Below the pieces are notes generated by a model. It saw only the letters and a program-made list of their open reading frames with translations, searched no databases and was not told the origin of the DNA. DNA of 64,000 nt from Camelus dromedarius (lineage: Eukaryota): assembly GCF_036321535.1 (NCBI RefSeq), contig NC_087437.1, positions 32,428,001-32,492,000 of the forward strand. Reading direction: 5' to 3'. Of this stretch, positions 39,115 to 52,920 are shown one piece after another (positions within the stretch are counted from its first letter, which is position 1; each line of letters starts with the position of its first letter). The translations under genes were made by a program, and so were the position numbers.

Positions 39115-39154
39115 TATACATATATGTGTGTGCATGTGTGTGTGTGTGTGTATA
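39115..39154. repeat. (TA)/(TG)n microsatellite
   Basis: Seen directly. Confidence 0.9.
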
Positions 39155-42100
39155 TCCTCTATCTATTCCCATCTTTTAAAAAAAGCCTTTCATGGGCATA
39201 ATCAGTGCCATGAATGACTAGCTTCATCATATAATTAATGGAAGAAATGAAATGTCTCCCATGACTGTTATGTAGGCACATCATCTGTAATCTATTCATC
39301 AGCAATTTCTTTGGTCCTCCTTGAAGAAAAAAGACCACTGATCCCTCAGCAATTGCACAACAGCAGTAGTAGCAGCAAAAAGAGCAAAGAGAGACCAAAG
39401 GGATTTTAGCAACACCAAAAAAGGTCTTACCTCCTAAACACGTGTCTATTTACCCATGTTTGTGGGGGATATTTTCATTTCTCTGCAGCAGAGCAGATGA
39501 GAGTAAGACAGCTTCAGCTAAGGGAGCACAAGAAGCCTGGCCCTGAGTAATGCAGAAGTCTCCATTAACCTCTCTGCCTCCTTTAATGAAAGACATACTG
39601 CTTTGCTTCCTCCAATAGTCTCAAATCTCAGGATCTCAAATTTGCTGAATTAAAGTGATGGATATTATACCTACAGTTGACTTCCTCCTAAGCTTGCCAA
39701 GAATGTCAGATGGTCATCGAGGAGCACAAATATGAAAAGAGATGAGAAGAGCTATATAAACTTTTCCATGAACGTAGATAGAGATTTCCCAGTATCTCCC
39801 ACATGCCAACATGTCATTTTTGTCTTTTTATAACCTGTGGACTAGTTATCTAAGTTGATCACAGTTACCTGAGGCACTGTATATGACAGCCTCTCCCAAG
39901 GCCTGTTTACCAACCACAGTCATTTAGGATTTTCTTTTCTTTCTTTTTTTTTCTTTTTTCTTCTTTTTATTTTTTGAGGAGGGGCAGATTTCTCTTTGAG
40001 TTGCATTTTACTCTTTTTCAAACAACTAATGCTGTCCTTTCCTAAAGACTATTTCTTTCATGTAGCCTAGACCTTATAAGGCAGCTTCTTTAGGCAGTGC
40101 TTTTTGTCTGATTAAGGTTCATAAACTTCCCTGGGTAAAAATGAGAAGAGATTATTTCAAGTTGCATCCTTTTCGTCTCTTGAAAAAGTCACCCCCAAAA
40201 CTGAGGACAACTTTCCATCAAGATTTTTATAAAATGCAGTTGGAGAAGCCAGCTTTCCCTGGAGACTTATCCAATTACACGGGCTGTGTCGTCTTGCCCT
40301 GAGAGAGAGAAGCATTCAAAATTGTGTTTTTCTGATCATGGCAGTGAGTGTAAAGAGAGAAATCTAAGAAATTCAATTACCTCCCTAGGTGTCACTCAGC
40401 TTTGAGACTAATATAATTGGCTATAAATAATATGAGTACATTTCGGGCAGAACCTCTGTGGGTTTCATTAGGAATCCCCTTGCCACTGAGTTGCTAACAA
40501 TTGGGCTTGCCATGTGGGTTAGTTGGGGTTGCAACTGCAAAGAGGTTACTTTGCCAACCACTGGTTTCCCTCATTTTCATGGTCTTCTTTATGTATTTTA
40601 ATTAGCGTCCCCAATGTAACATTTAAAGTATGTATTGTCTTTTCAACACACACCAAAATGACATTTTAAAGTAATGGTTTAAAAACCCAAAGCAATGCTT
40701 GATTACGATCTCAGTGCCATATAACATAACTTTTCTCTTTTTCATGCTCCTGAAATTGAAAGGAATTCTACAATAACGAAGGATATAAATAGGAATGGCT
40801 GATGTAATAGAATTCTAATTCACAAAGGACCATGCTAGTAGCCCACTCTGACTTTGTATGGGGATTTCCCTTGACCACAGTCTAACCAAGACTTCCCAGC
40901 TGTGAAATGGGGAAAACTGTGGCTCTCTACTTTATTGATTGCACATAGCAGGCAATCAATAAAATTTGTTGATTTTATCCTAATTAAGCCTTTTGAAAAC
41001 TGAAGTATGTTGATAGAATGTTTGAATGGTGCCACGAAGGATGAGGCTTTTGTAACCATGCCCACATGGATAGGCAAACCCAGATGTATTTCGAAGTCAT
41101 CCAGTGTTCCAAAGAGTTTTTCAAATGTTTTGAGTTTAACCAAATCCTAAACACATTGTGCCAAGTACTATTTTCCTTTAAGTCTCAAACCCATGTGAAT
41201 TTTAAGGGAAATTAAATCCACATGTTTCTGATTCATTTTTACTTAAATCATTAAAATGTTGTTTTGGATGAGCCATTTGACTTCCAAGAAGCTTTTCTTC
41301 ACAAACTCTTTTACGCCTTTTTGGTGTGGGGTCAAAAGCAGGAAGTCATACTTTGACAATGATAAATTAATTGTGACATCAAACACTGCAAGTCCAAACC
41401 CCAGCACTCGAGCAATACTTCAGCAGTTGACAAGTTCATTTTCCTAATTTTCTGTCAAGAAGTGTTTACATTTTTCTTTATTTTGCCAGCATAACCTAAG
41501 AAGCAAAATGTCTCACCTACCAGCACTATACCACATAGAATCCAGATACCGGGTTTTTACTGTTTTTGCAAAAAGAGGCAACAGCACCATTTTGCAGCCC
41601 TGTTCTACTTGGACAATCTTACCCAAGGAAAAGTTGGAAAATATGTAGTATAAAACTCTTTCTTCTTCCAACTTAAGTTATCCTGAGCAAGATGTCTTAT
41701 AAATGCCATTCAAAGCCTGATAGGAAGTTACTCAGGACCCTGCAAGGGAAATAGTCATCGCATCACGGGCTCCCTCTCATCATTCTCTTGACTTCATAGT
41801 TCACATTAAGGCCCCCTCTCTACAAAATTTCACTCTTAAACATTTTTAATTTCTCCCCATTATTTCTAATATCAAATGCTCACAAGCCTTCTCCATCTTT
41901 TGGAAAAAAGAGAAAAGGAACACTTGATTTGTTTGTTCCTCCCTTTAGCTAGCTTCCTGTATCATTCCTTCCTTCCATCTCCAAATCTCTAAAACTTCAT
42001 CTCACTAACCATTCTCCCCCTACCACCAACTTCTTGGTGACAATGTTCAAATCTACATTTTTAGTCTTGATCTTGAAGTTTACTGAACAACGCCACATAG

Positions 42101-43234
42101 ATATTTGGCCACCATTTCAAATTTCAAGTTGATAAAAATTTAACCAACACTAACTCTCTGCTGCTGACTTCCCCATTTTTGTAACTGGTAGTGAGTTTTA
42201 TCACATTTCCAGTCAGTAACCAATTTTTTTGGCAATTTGGCATGATAATGCACCCTACATTCTCCCATCTTTTTCCTTTTCACCACTCAGCCCCTCACTA
42301 CCTCATAATTGTGCCTACAAAATGATCTGTTTATCACTAGTTTTCCCCCAGATTTCAGGCTAAATTTGACCAACAGATGCAATCTTTTTAAAATACCACT
42401 TGGCTGAATTTACTCCCCAAATTGATAACTTCACTGGCTCTTCTTCCCACTGTCAAAAAAAGCCAAAAAAACAAACAAAATTTATACTCCCAAACCTTGT
42501 GTACTTAAAGTAGATGAAAGCTCTTCATAATCTGCCTTCAACCTAAATTTTCATGAATTCTCTCTTCTAGGCCAATTGATCAACTAATGTTCCCTAACAT
42601 AATTTCTGCCTTCCTCCACCTTTGCCTCCCCTCCCTTCCACCCCAAATTCTTCCCACTGTGATCCAGCTCTCATCGATCCTCATCTATAAGCCTTTTCCA
42701 GATTAGGCTTTGCCAGTCAAAAAGTTCTCCCTTCTTTTATATCACAGCTCTTATTTCCCTTTGCCTTATCATACCTTTCGTAAAGCTCTGAATGTGTTGT
42801 CCTTTTCACATGGTTATGACTTGTATCTTAACTACTTTAAACGTCTTAAAGGCAGGGACCATGTATTGCTCACATGTTTCAGTAACTATTTGATTGAGTA
42901 ATTAGAACATTAATAACAAAGAAATAAAATAAAACATCAACTTTAAAATGAAATAGTTACGAGTTCCAAGTCTTTTAAATATACCTAGATGTTTTAGTGA
43001 TTGTCCTTTACATACCTTGGCACTATAAACCTTAACAGCATATTTTAATACCATGAAGTAACAATCTGAGGAGAAGGAAAACTACTTCCATCACACCATA
43101 ATATGATATGCTGATACTAGCAAGTGATTTTACTATATTTGAGAAGTGCAGGTACACAAAAACATCTAAAGATGGAGAAAAGGTACACAAAAAATGGGAC
43201 TACACAAGTCAATGGCAATGGTCCATATTTAACA

Positions 43235-43490
43235 ATTTAATAGCCAACAATTACAGGGAATTTACTATATTCCAGGATCTATGTTAATCCTTTCACATGT
43301 ATTATCTCATTTAATCTTCACAATAACCTGATAATGTAGGTATTACTATCCCATTTTACCAAGAAAGACCAAGGCTCAGAGAGGGTAAAAACTTGCTTCT
43401 CTCTCAAGTCACAGAATCTGTAAATGGAATAGCTAGGTTGGAATCCAAAGCCAGAGACTGTAACCCTTACATAATCCATGCCACTCAATT
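43235..43490 (-). mobile_element. MIR SINE
   Basis: 'tattatctcatttaatcttcacaataacctg..gtaggtattactatcccattttaccaagaaagaccaaggctcagagagggtaa'. Confidence 0.85.
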
Positions 43491-43598
43491 ACATCATCTA
43501 TTTGGAGTATATATCAGGTATGATTCAGTTTGAATTCATTCACCAAAGATTAACCTTTCAGTTTTCATTTTACTTCAGAAAAGCTTCCTGCCTAGAAG

Positions 43599-43600
<2 letters not shown>

Positions 43601-43642
<42 letters not shown>

Positions 43643-43680
43643 ACACACATATACACACACATATATATACATATAGATAG
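43601..43680. repeat. (CA)n compound microsatellite
   Basis: About 18 perfect AC units from 43601, then an interrupted CA/TA tail. Confidence 0.95.
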
Positions 43681-44509
43681 ATATTCTGAAAACCGAACAA
43701 TAATATTTTATGATGTCTTAAAACTGAAGCCCAAAAAAATCACTGATCTGAAGAAAATATATCACTGGCTTCAACATCACTTGAGGAAGAGTAAATTACA
43801 TGTGTTATAATGAAAGATGTTCTAGATGAAGAGACTGGAGACATGTAATTTCACATCACAGCGTTTACACAGATTACTCAGTTGGCCAAAGCACACAGCT
43901 TCTCTGGGCCTCTCTTTCTTCATCTGTAGAATGAACTAGGTGATCTCTAATTATCCCTTTCAAATTTAAAGTTCTGTGATCCAATCAATATTCACAAGTC
44001 TGAAGCAGTGAGGAATATCAAACATTTTCTGGATATATTTCAAACTCTCAGTAGCATTATATCTAAAATTCAAGCCCTGATTTGAATTTCCCATTACTGG
44101 TATAATCATACCATTTAATCATGGTTCACACTCAGGAATTCTGAATCACAATCATTCATTACTTGTGGGACTCCCTAACTAGACAATAAGCTCCTTGAAG
44201 AAAGGGACTGAGTGTTACTTAATTCTACATCCTCAGTGCCTGACATACAATACAAGCTTCATACATACCAGCTGAATGATTAAGTGGGAGTTTAGGGATC
44301 TATAGAAAATACAGGTAACCACAGTAACCTGTGCAATTCAGGAAAGGAAGAGCAGCAATAAATAATGTAAACTTTTTCCATAACAGAGAATAATTGTAAA
44401 ATAGATACAAATTATTTTGTTATAAGCAGGGCATTGCAAGTACAAGAGGGAGTATGGAGACAAAGGTACTACTTAATAATTACTACTGAGAATTAAAAGT
44501 ATAAAAGAA

Positions 44510-45120
44510 GTGCTTTTAAATCCTGGGGCAGTAAAGGCCTTCCTATACAACATACAAAATTTATAAACCATAAGAAATACTAGTTTTGAGTGCCTAAAAA
44601 TTTAAATTTCCATGCAAAGATGCCATAAACAAAATTAAAAGATAAGCAATATTCATCAAAAGACACCATTAAGTGAGTAAACAGCAAGCTAAAAAGCAGA
44701 AGAAGATATTTGCAGTACATATATGTAACAAAGAACTAAAATCCAGATAATGTAAATAACTGCTACAGATAATCTTGGTGAAAAAATATTTTAAAAGCAA
44801 ATGATCTATTAGAAAAAGCAATCAAGAAATTTAGATGATATACCTCATGTGAGATATTTCACAGAAGAGAATATCCAAATGGAAAATAAACATGAGAAAA
44901 TGTTCAGCCTCACCAATCATCAGGGAAATACAAAGTAAAACCACATTGTGATCTCTACATATCCACCAGAATGGCTGAAATTTTTTTAAAAACTGACAAT
45001 ATTAAGTGTTGGTAAGGATGTGGAACGAGTGAAACTCTCATATACTTCTGGTGTGAATTTAAGATTGGTATCATCTCTTTAGCAAACAGTTATCTACTAA
45101 AATCTAACATACACACTCTT
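44510..45120 (+). mobile_element. Ancient L1 (L1M-type) ORF2 3' fragment
   Basis: 'tcatcaaaagacaccattaag..gaagaagatatttgcagtacatatatgtaacaaagaac..tcagggaaatacaaagtaaaaccaca..aagtgttggtaaggatgtggaacgagtgaaactctcata'. Confidence 0.8.
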
Positions 45121-46559
45121 TCTTTTGCATTCCCAGCAAAAACGCAATTCACCAGAAACTATACGGCAGTGAAAAAAAAATTTTTTTTTCCAGCAGTGAA
45201 AAATTTTTGTGTGTGTGTTTAAGTTCCTGTAATCTTATATTTGATTCTGTGATTGGCCCCAAGCCACATTCTGGCACCTAACCTAATTATGTGTATAGAG
45301 ACAATGGATGGAAAATGGCATGATAAGCACTGGCATCCTTTTATAAAGCAACTTCTTCAGGTGAAAATGTTATAATAGCCTCATCTGACCGTAAAGAACA
45401 GACTGTTTAATCTGGAGAGCAAGGGAGCTTTATTGCGAGTTGGGAGCTCAGCATAGTCCCAACTCTTCTGAAACCTCCTATATACACCTATTTCAGTCCT
45501 CTGACTTTCCTTTGTCTTGATCAATTACTTAACTTTCACATAAGAAAACCCAAAGAAGCTATAAATTCAACTGATAGGGTAATTTTGGCAGCTCATAGGA
45601 TCAAACCTTGATTTTATTGAGCTATATCAGTCCTTGGATTTTAAGAGATAAAAGAGTCTTTTAGTCTGATTCTAGTTAAGTCCTCCTGTTTCAATTCAAT
45701 GCTTTGAGTCAAAAGTTTAGGGACTTAAACTTGTGATTCCTTTTCTCTAAGCCAGCTGCCCAGGGCTCTAGAGCAATGATCCTACTCACAACCTTGAATG
45801 CTCTTTCATACTGTCTTACAGCAGTAACAGAATGGTTTTCCTCATTTTCCCCCCATTTATGATTCATGTTTTTATTGAGGTTAAAAAGAAATTTGTAACC
45901 AGACATAAAGAATAAAGTGGACAAGAATGTTATAATCTATGTAATATTCTCTCATTCTTAGTGGATAACTAAAATATAGCAAAAGAGTATTCTCGGTATT
46001 AATTCTAAGGTTGTCTAGTTAAACAATTATTTGGTTATATTTTCAATAGACCTCTTAACTACTTAGAGTTTCTTCTCAGAAACATTCAGGTATTACACAG
46101 GAAACATTCATAGTTTGAAAAACATTCATTTTTTATACAGGATATACAAATTTGAGACAAGATATTTATTTTAAAAAACCCCACAATTGTAGCTGCACTG
46201 CTATCCTAACTGCATTGTAGTGATTGTTGTTCAGTCAGTTGTCCATTATGTACAACTGGATTTTAATATTGTAATTTACCAAGGTGCCAAAAGCCACTCA
46301 ATAGACAATGTCTATCCTCAACAGACACTTCATTCCAGGTCACCACAAACAATAATTTAAATAATTTTCCATAATAATTATTATTTTACCATCCCTTCCA
46401 GGCACTGCCAGATTCAAATTTTTGAATACCAATAAAATTTTCAATGCCTTTAGCCCCATTCATGCTGCATGACCAATACCAGATCTTCCTTATCTTCTTG
46501 ACAGTCTTTTGACTGTGATCCACTCTCTTGCTGATGACTGTAACTTCTGGAGTCTTTTT

Positions 46560-46860
46560 TCACAATCAACAGAAATCATCTCTGGCTAAGTTAAGCAAAA
46601 GGGATTTTGGGGAAGGCCACCAGATATCTCATCGTATCAATGGAAAGCTTGGGGCTTGAGCAGGAACAAAGGGAGGTTAGACAGCACAAAATCGGCCAAG
46701 GTTCCATCACAAAAAATCGTCTGGTGAAGACACAGCTGCTGACACTACCAGAGCTGCCGCAGATAATTAATCAACTATTGCTGTGGTTTTGCAGCTTCAG
46801 TGATTTAAGCAAGAGCAACCAACTGGCCAGGCCAGGGTGCTTAGATGTCTCAATGGCCAT
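46560..46860 (-). mobile_element. Degenerate MaLR LTR fragment (MLT1L/M-like)
   Basis: 'caacagaaatcatctctggctaagttaagcaaaagggattttggggaagg'; recall only. Confidence 0.45.
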
Positions 46861-46899
46861 AAAAAAGGACAAAGCTCTATTAAATAATCCAACAGAAGA

Positions 46900-47680
46900 A
46901 TTATCAAAGTCTGTGAAAGTTACTTTACAAAAAGATAAACAAGGCCAATTATCGTATAAAAGCTATTTTACCTCACTATTAAAATGAAAGTTATAAGCAT
47001 AATAAGAAGTCATTTCTTAGCAAAAACTGACAGAAAAACTAAGAGACTAATAATATCCTATGTTTGTGAATATGGAAGAAAACTGGCACATTCTATAATA
47101 CACAGATTCTATATTAAGTGTAAATTGGTACAGTCTTTTGGATGGGGAATTTTTCATTACTTATCAAAATTTACAATGTGCATATCCTCTGCCCCAGAAA
47201 TTTGACTTCTAGAAATACAACCTAGAGAAATGTTCACGTATGTCCACAAAAATAGATGTATATGGATGTTCTCTGCAGCACTGACTTGTACAATTGGAAA
47301 TGACTTAAATGCCCCAAAGTAAGAGGCAGGTTAAATAAATTTTGATATATTCCTACACTGGAAGTCTGCAAAGTCATTATAAAGAAATAGATGGATTTAT
47401 ATAAACTGCTTGAAATCTCTCTTAGGTATACTCTTAAGGAAAAAGAGACAAATTGCAGAATAAAATGTAAAATCCCATTATACGTAAAATTAAAAATAAT
47501 GCACATGCAAAGAGAAGGGTGTGAAAAAATACACACCAAACTTAACAGTTGCTATATGTAGGGATCTAAGAGTTGGGGGCTTCCAAGACAGGGGGCTTCT
47601 ACATTTTGTTCTGTGAACATACATATTATATGAATTTTTACAATAAGAATGTATCCATCTTTCACTTCTATATTAAGAAA
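46900..47680 (+). mobile_element. Ancient L1ME-like 3' end
   Basis: 'gtgtaaattggtacagtcttttgga..aaatttgacttctagaaatacaacctagagaaa..ggatgttctctgcagcactg..atacacaccaaacttaacagt..gaatttttacaataagaatgtat'. Confidence 0.8.
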
Positions 47681-47789
47681 TGTATGGTGGATGAGGCTGG
47701 TAGATGAAGCTAAAAAAAAAAAAAAAAGAGACTAGATTTAAGTAGTAGAGGTGCAATTCTGGAAGTACAGTCTCTTCCTGGATCAAAAA

Positions 47790-48010
47790 GGAGCACAGAT
47801 TTTACAGTTAGTGGGGACCTGAGTTCAAATCTTTACTCTACCACTTCTGGTTGTTTATCAGTGGGAAAATTACTTAGCCTCTCTGAGCATCAGTTTCCCC
47901 AACTGTTTATAAAATGAGAATGATAATAGTATCTTTCACAGAGTGGTTGTGAGGATTAAATAAAATAATTAAAATGCTCGATGCTGTGCCCAACTCATTG
48001 CATGATAATG
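47790..48010 (+). mobile_element. MIR SINE
   Basis: 'gacctgagttcaaatctttactctaccactt..ttacttagcctctctgagcatcagtttcc..gagtggttgtgaggattaaataaaataat'. Confidence 0.8.
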
Positions 48011-48137
48011 AATGGTGACCATCTCTTGCTCTCCCTCTTTTTTTAATAAAATGAGAGAAGAATAAAGCCTCACCTTCTCTTTTGACAATCTCCTCTATTC
48101 AAGAGTCCCACTATATAAGAAACAACTTACATGAGAA

Positions 48138-48160
48138 TTGTTGTTGTTGTTGTTGTTGTT
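48138..48160. repeat. (GTT)n microsatellite
   Basis: Seen directly. Confidence 0.9.
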
Positions 48161-50741
48161 ACGTCCTTAGTTTTCGGTTCACCCTCATATGGAGGGACTA
48201 AGTGCCCCAAAGACCAAAGGCCTGGCATAGATCCTCAGCCTCACTGCTAAAGAGAGGATGCCCAACTCCTGTACCAGGTCCCAGTCCCCAGAGCTCACCC
48301 CTTTTCTAATCAGACCTTAATACATGCTGCTTCAGAGCATATAGCAGAAGACCTTTAGCAGAAGAAAAACCGAAGCATTTGTTTGAAATATTTCCACACA
48401 GAAAATCACATGTAGCTTTGGGTTTTACACTTAAAAGCCTCTTTTTTTTTTTAAGAGTCCAAAATCTGATCAATAGCAGGGAGGCTGTAATACTGCTCCC
48501 TTTCACCAGAGAAATTTACAACCTAATAGGGCTTTAGAGCCAAGATTTTCACAGCAATGAAAATGATGTGGCCAGAGGGAGGGGGTAAAGGAAGACGTGG
48601 GTGATAACATCCTTGGGCTATCTCTAAGCTCCATTACACTATCCCAAAGAAATATAATAGGATTTGAGGCCCAATTATTACTTCCTCCATCTAACCCCCT
48701 TCATTTAACATATCATTAGTATTTTTAGACAAGTCCCTTGGGGCTCTCACACTTTCCTAGGTGAGTCAGACAGCAAGAACCGTGGCAGCGATCCAAGGAA
48801 ACTGATCCCCCTTTTAATGCTCCTTTCTGGTTACCTGCTATAATGCAATTACCATGTACTGAAGCAATTTTCGGGAAAATGACTTGACAAGAAGAACTCT
48901 GTCATTTTGTAAACAAGAACAAACGTTGTAATTGGATCTTAATTACACAATGCTCTGAGGGGTTATTTTTATTTCTTTGCTTGTTAATGCAATTATTTAG
49001 CTTCCCTATTTTAGCCTTGACCTTGCAGGAAGAGGGTATTTTCCAGTCAGCATAATGCTTTATCTTTGAAAGCTACAATCAATAAGGATAATTAATGATG
49101 CCGGCTGCAATGATAGCCTCAGCAATCATTATCCCACATTAATCCCTGCAGTCAGACTGGGGTCAAGGCCATCTAAATCATTCACCTAGGGGTGGAGAAA
49201 TTCAAATCATTTACCAATTTAAATCCTTGCAAACAAATCCCACTTTAGTTTAAAAGCAGTTTGAATGCGGACAGGGTTTTGTTGTGTGCGTTTTCACTAG
49301 ACGCTTTTTTTTTTTAATGACCAAATAGATACTTTATATTAGCATTGCAGTTTTGTTGCTTGTGTTTTGATAAATTAATGTAAAAACACGAAGCACATGA
49401 AATGTCGTTGTGCCTGGAGGTACAGGACACATTTAGCATTTCACACACTGTCCCTGGTTTTAAAAGAGGAAGGGGAGGGTAGGAAAGGGGAGAAGAAGGG
49501 GAGGAGGAGGGAGGAAAAGAGGATGGGGGACAGAATGAGAGTCAGTGGCCTCAGGCTGGCAGAGACCTGGGGAAGAAGCTAAAAAACTACCAGCTGGAAA
49601 AATCTTTGAGATGGAACTGTGGGCTCACTCAGCATTATCAAAAGGGCTGTTGGATGTGGAACTTCATACTGGATCTTGCAAAACATTCTCTGTCGAGGTC
49701 TGTTTCTCCCTCATTTTGGCCCTTTTTTCCCTGCCTTTCCCTTACATGCAAGCTGGATGACTTGATGTATGCTTCTAATTGTCTGCTATAGATCACACTC
49801 TGTTATAAAGAATTCCACTGGGCTCCCAAATATTTTTCAATGATTTCATTTTAATTAGTGTTTTGCTATAAATCATATTCTTAGTCTGCATACACTGGAG
49901 ATGATATCAAATTGACGCCTGATCTCTCTCCCTCCTTCTTCCCCCCACCACATTCCTCTTTCTTTCCAGAAATGAATTAGCAAATAAAGAGAAGTCTGTA
50001 GTGCACTGGGTCTCAATAAATATTTGTTGATATTATATAGCCCAGTTTACCTCAATCCTCTTTTTTTTTTCCAAGTCATGTAACATATGAGAAGGAAATA
50101 TAGCAGCTAAGTGAGCTTTCCTGGCATGGTAATTAGGGACTGGGATATTTACGGGTGTTTGGGGATGGAGGACTTGGGGATAACTGCTAGGAGCAGAGTA
50201 AAAGATCTGTAAAACACTCAGATGGAGTCCCTCTGTCGTCTCACCATGAGAAATTCTCTGCAAAGACTGTATTGAAACTCCGAGAATTCATCATCCTTTG
50301 CTTTTTCATTATGAATAGTGACTCCTAAAGAGAAAGCACTTAACAAGTCTAAGCATAGTTATTATATTCATGATAAGGAACTCTTTCTAATGAGATTTTA
50401 TCACTACTTCGCCATCTCCCAAAAGTAGACCCTTGTTTCATCCCTGCAAAAGAAAACCAAGATATTTGGGGGGTTCTGGAATAGATCTGAGTGGAGGGGA
50501 AAAGTGAGTATAACTGAATTAAGAAGGAGAAAATGTGTTTGAACATGGAAAGCACATGCCATTCTAGGCTGGACGGTGGGACTTCCAGCTCCCAGCCGTC
50601 TAAGTGCCTGCCACTGTCTAGGCTTGTGATCTTTCATGAACAGTCCCGTTTTTGCAGATACTGTCTTCTTCTATTTCACTCTACCCTATCTGGCCTCTTA
50701 CCTTGCAGTCCAATAAGCATATTTTGTAAAGTATCTACAAG

Positions 50742-51460
50742 CAGGGCTGGCTATATAATTCGTAGGCCCAGTACAAAATGAACATGTGAGACCTCACCCA
50801 GGACAATGAAGTCAATCTCCCCTTCCCGTGGGTCAGCCATGTCAATCCACAGTGGAGGGCACTCCTCCCACTATGGGACTACAACCTTTGTTCTGGAGGC
50901 ACTGGGACCTGGATTAGTAGTAGGATCTAGAGAGGCCCCTACTGAGTTACCCACCTAATGCACCATGGAGCGGCCAGCCTGGGGAAGGGATGGCCACTAC
51001 CTTGCCCCACAGAGATACCATGGAACACACAGCCAAACTGAACCCTCCCCACACCCACACCCAGAACCCCAATGGGGTTCAGAGCAACAGTGGAATGTGA
51101 GCATCCCCCCATCTTAGAAATGTGACCTGGTCATCATTCCCCAGGGGAGGGGAGCAGCTGGCTTGGAGAAGGCGGGGAAGGGGAGGTGAGGTGAGGCAGG
51201 GTACCAGAGGGCACAGAGCAGGAAGCTAAGAACACATCCTGGAGGGGCAGGGAGGTGATGCGAGCCAAGGCTCCAAGCCCCCTGACACTCTATTGTCCCA
51301 TTCACTTACACAAACTCAAAGACAAATTACAAATCCAAAGATAAACTTGTTAAGAAATTCAAGATTGCAATTGCAGAACACTAAACCTCAAGCACAGGAC
51401 ATTTCTGAACAAAGGGTCCTATTTATGGGCGCTGGTCACTCGCCCATGTAGCCAGCCTTC
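50742..51460 (-). mobile_element. hAT-Tip100 element (MER45B/C-like)
   Basis: Termini CAGGGCTGGCTATATAATT..GGCCCAGTACAAAATGAA and 'ttaagaaattcaagattgc..CGCCCATGTAGCCAGCCTT' form degenerate TIRs; GC-rich interior. Confidence 0.75.
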
Positions 51461-51599
51461 CTATCATGTACCCAAAGGGGAAGACCCAAAGAAGAGTAAG
51501 ACTTAACTCCCTTCTAGGAGCTCAGTATCTAGTAGAGGACACAGGCAGGTAGGAAAAAAAAAAACAAGTTACATAACAGTGCGAGTGTGGTTCCCTGAA

Positions 51600-51678
51600 C
51601 AACTAGTATGTACCAGGCATTGTCCTCAGCATCTTACTATATCATCATCGTAATCCTCACAATAACCCACCCCATGAG

Positions 51679-51712
<34 letters not shown>

Positions 51713-51835
51713 CATCATCATCATTATCATCATCATTATCCGTTTTTTAAAATAATGAACCTGAGGCTTCAGAAGTTAAGTAACTTCATCAAATTCATAT
51801 AGCTAAAAAGAGGCAGAGCCAAGATTTGAATGCAA
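51600..51835 (-). mobile_element. MIR SINE with expanded (ATT)n(CAT)n microsatellite at 51680-51739
   Basis: 'tatgtaccaggcattgtcct..atcctcacaataacc..atgaggtattatt..gaacctgaggcttcagaagttaagtaactt'. Confidence 0.85.
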
Positions 51836-52769
51836 AATAAATGCTCCTAAGTATGGTATCCTGCTGCTTCCCTTGTCAGAGATTTGTGCAAAGTCCTCTA
51901 TAAAGACTCCAGAGGTCATGAGCACTGCTTTACAGGAACTGAGAAAGGCACTACAAAGGTGATGAACTTGAGCTAGGTTTTGAAAAATTAGGGCATCAGA
52001 GAAGGAGGAATGGTGTACGTAGTTATGGAAGGGCCTGGAAAATTTGAGAAGTTCATTTTAGATAAAGCAAGAGATTCACAGCAGAGAGCAGAAGGGAATA
52101 AAGCCAGGGAGGCAGGGTAAAAGAAGTGTGTCATGTTAAGGCCTTGGGCTTTACTCTACAGGTAGTGGGGACCTAACAGTAACCAGTGAGCTGAATGGTA
52201 ACATGATCGGATGACTAACCCTTCAAGAAGTCAGGCCAAATTTATGTGGAACACGCCCAAAGCAACAAGGACAAAATGACTATCTTTTGGAAACCATTTT
52301 CAATGTATGTCAAGGATTTTGCAAAGGTTCTTCAACAGCAAAGTCATTCTTCCAGAACAGCTACTAACTCAGCAAGTGAGGCCAAAGAACAAGTGGAGAT
52401 GTGCTAGTCAATGGGAAAGGCCCCTAAACAGGTGATCAGAAAACGCTGGCCCATTCTCATGGCAGTACGAGGAGAGGGGCCATGGAATAAGGCCTCCTTT
52501 GGTAGCTACTGCACTGAGGTACCATTACTGTCTGGATCAGTGTTTGAAATGTACTCATATAATGGAGACAAGTACAGAATCCTCAAAGGTTATTTCATTT
52601 ACAACCAATCAGTGTCCCCAACCTGGACTGGAGTCAGGAGATGTCAGGTTGAATTCTGGCCCGGGCTCTGTTTCTAACAAGCTCTGCAATCTCGGGCCTA
52701 AATGTTTACTTACCTCGAAGCATCTTCCCAGGACTCAGGTGGGTGAGACCAGGTGAACCTGTGCCTTAG

Positions 52770-52920
52770 AAGTAGAGACGTCTGGGTTCAGATCTCAGCT
52801 CTGACACTTGACAGCTGCATGACCTTGAAGTTACTTATCCTCCATGAGGCTTGGTCTCCTGATCTGTACCGGCAAAAAGATTTTAACCATAAAAGCATAC
52901 TAGGAGTATAAAATGATATA
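52770..52920 (+). mobile_element. MIR SINE fragment
   Basis: 'tctgggttcagatctcagctctgacacttgacagctgcatgaccttgaagttactt'. Confidence 0.7.

Noticed and set aside
43478..43810. ORF with a THTHTH run
   Set aside because: Translation of a (CA)n microsatellite.
45166..45208. GCAGTGAAAAA direct repeat around A9/T9
   Set aside because: Low-complexity local duplication; too little to call a TSD-flanked insertion.
51608..51802. ORF with poly-Tyr and poly-His
   Set aside because: Translation of a trinucleotide microsatellite inside a MIR.
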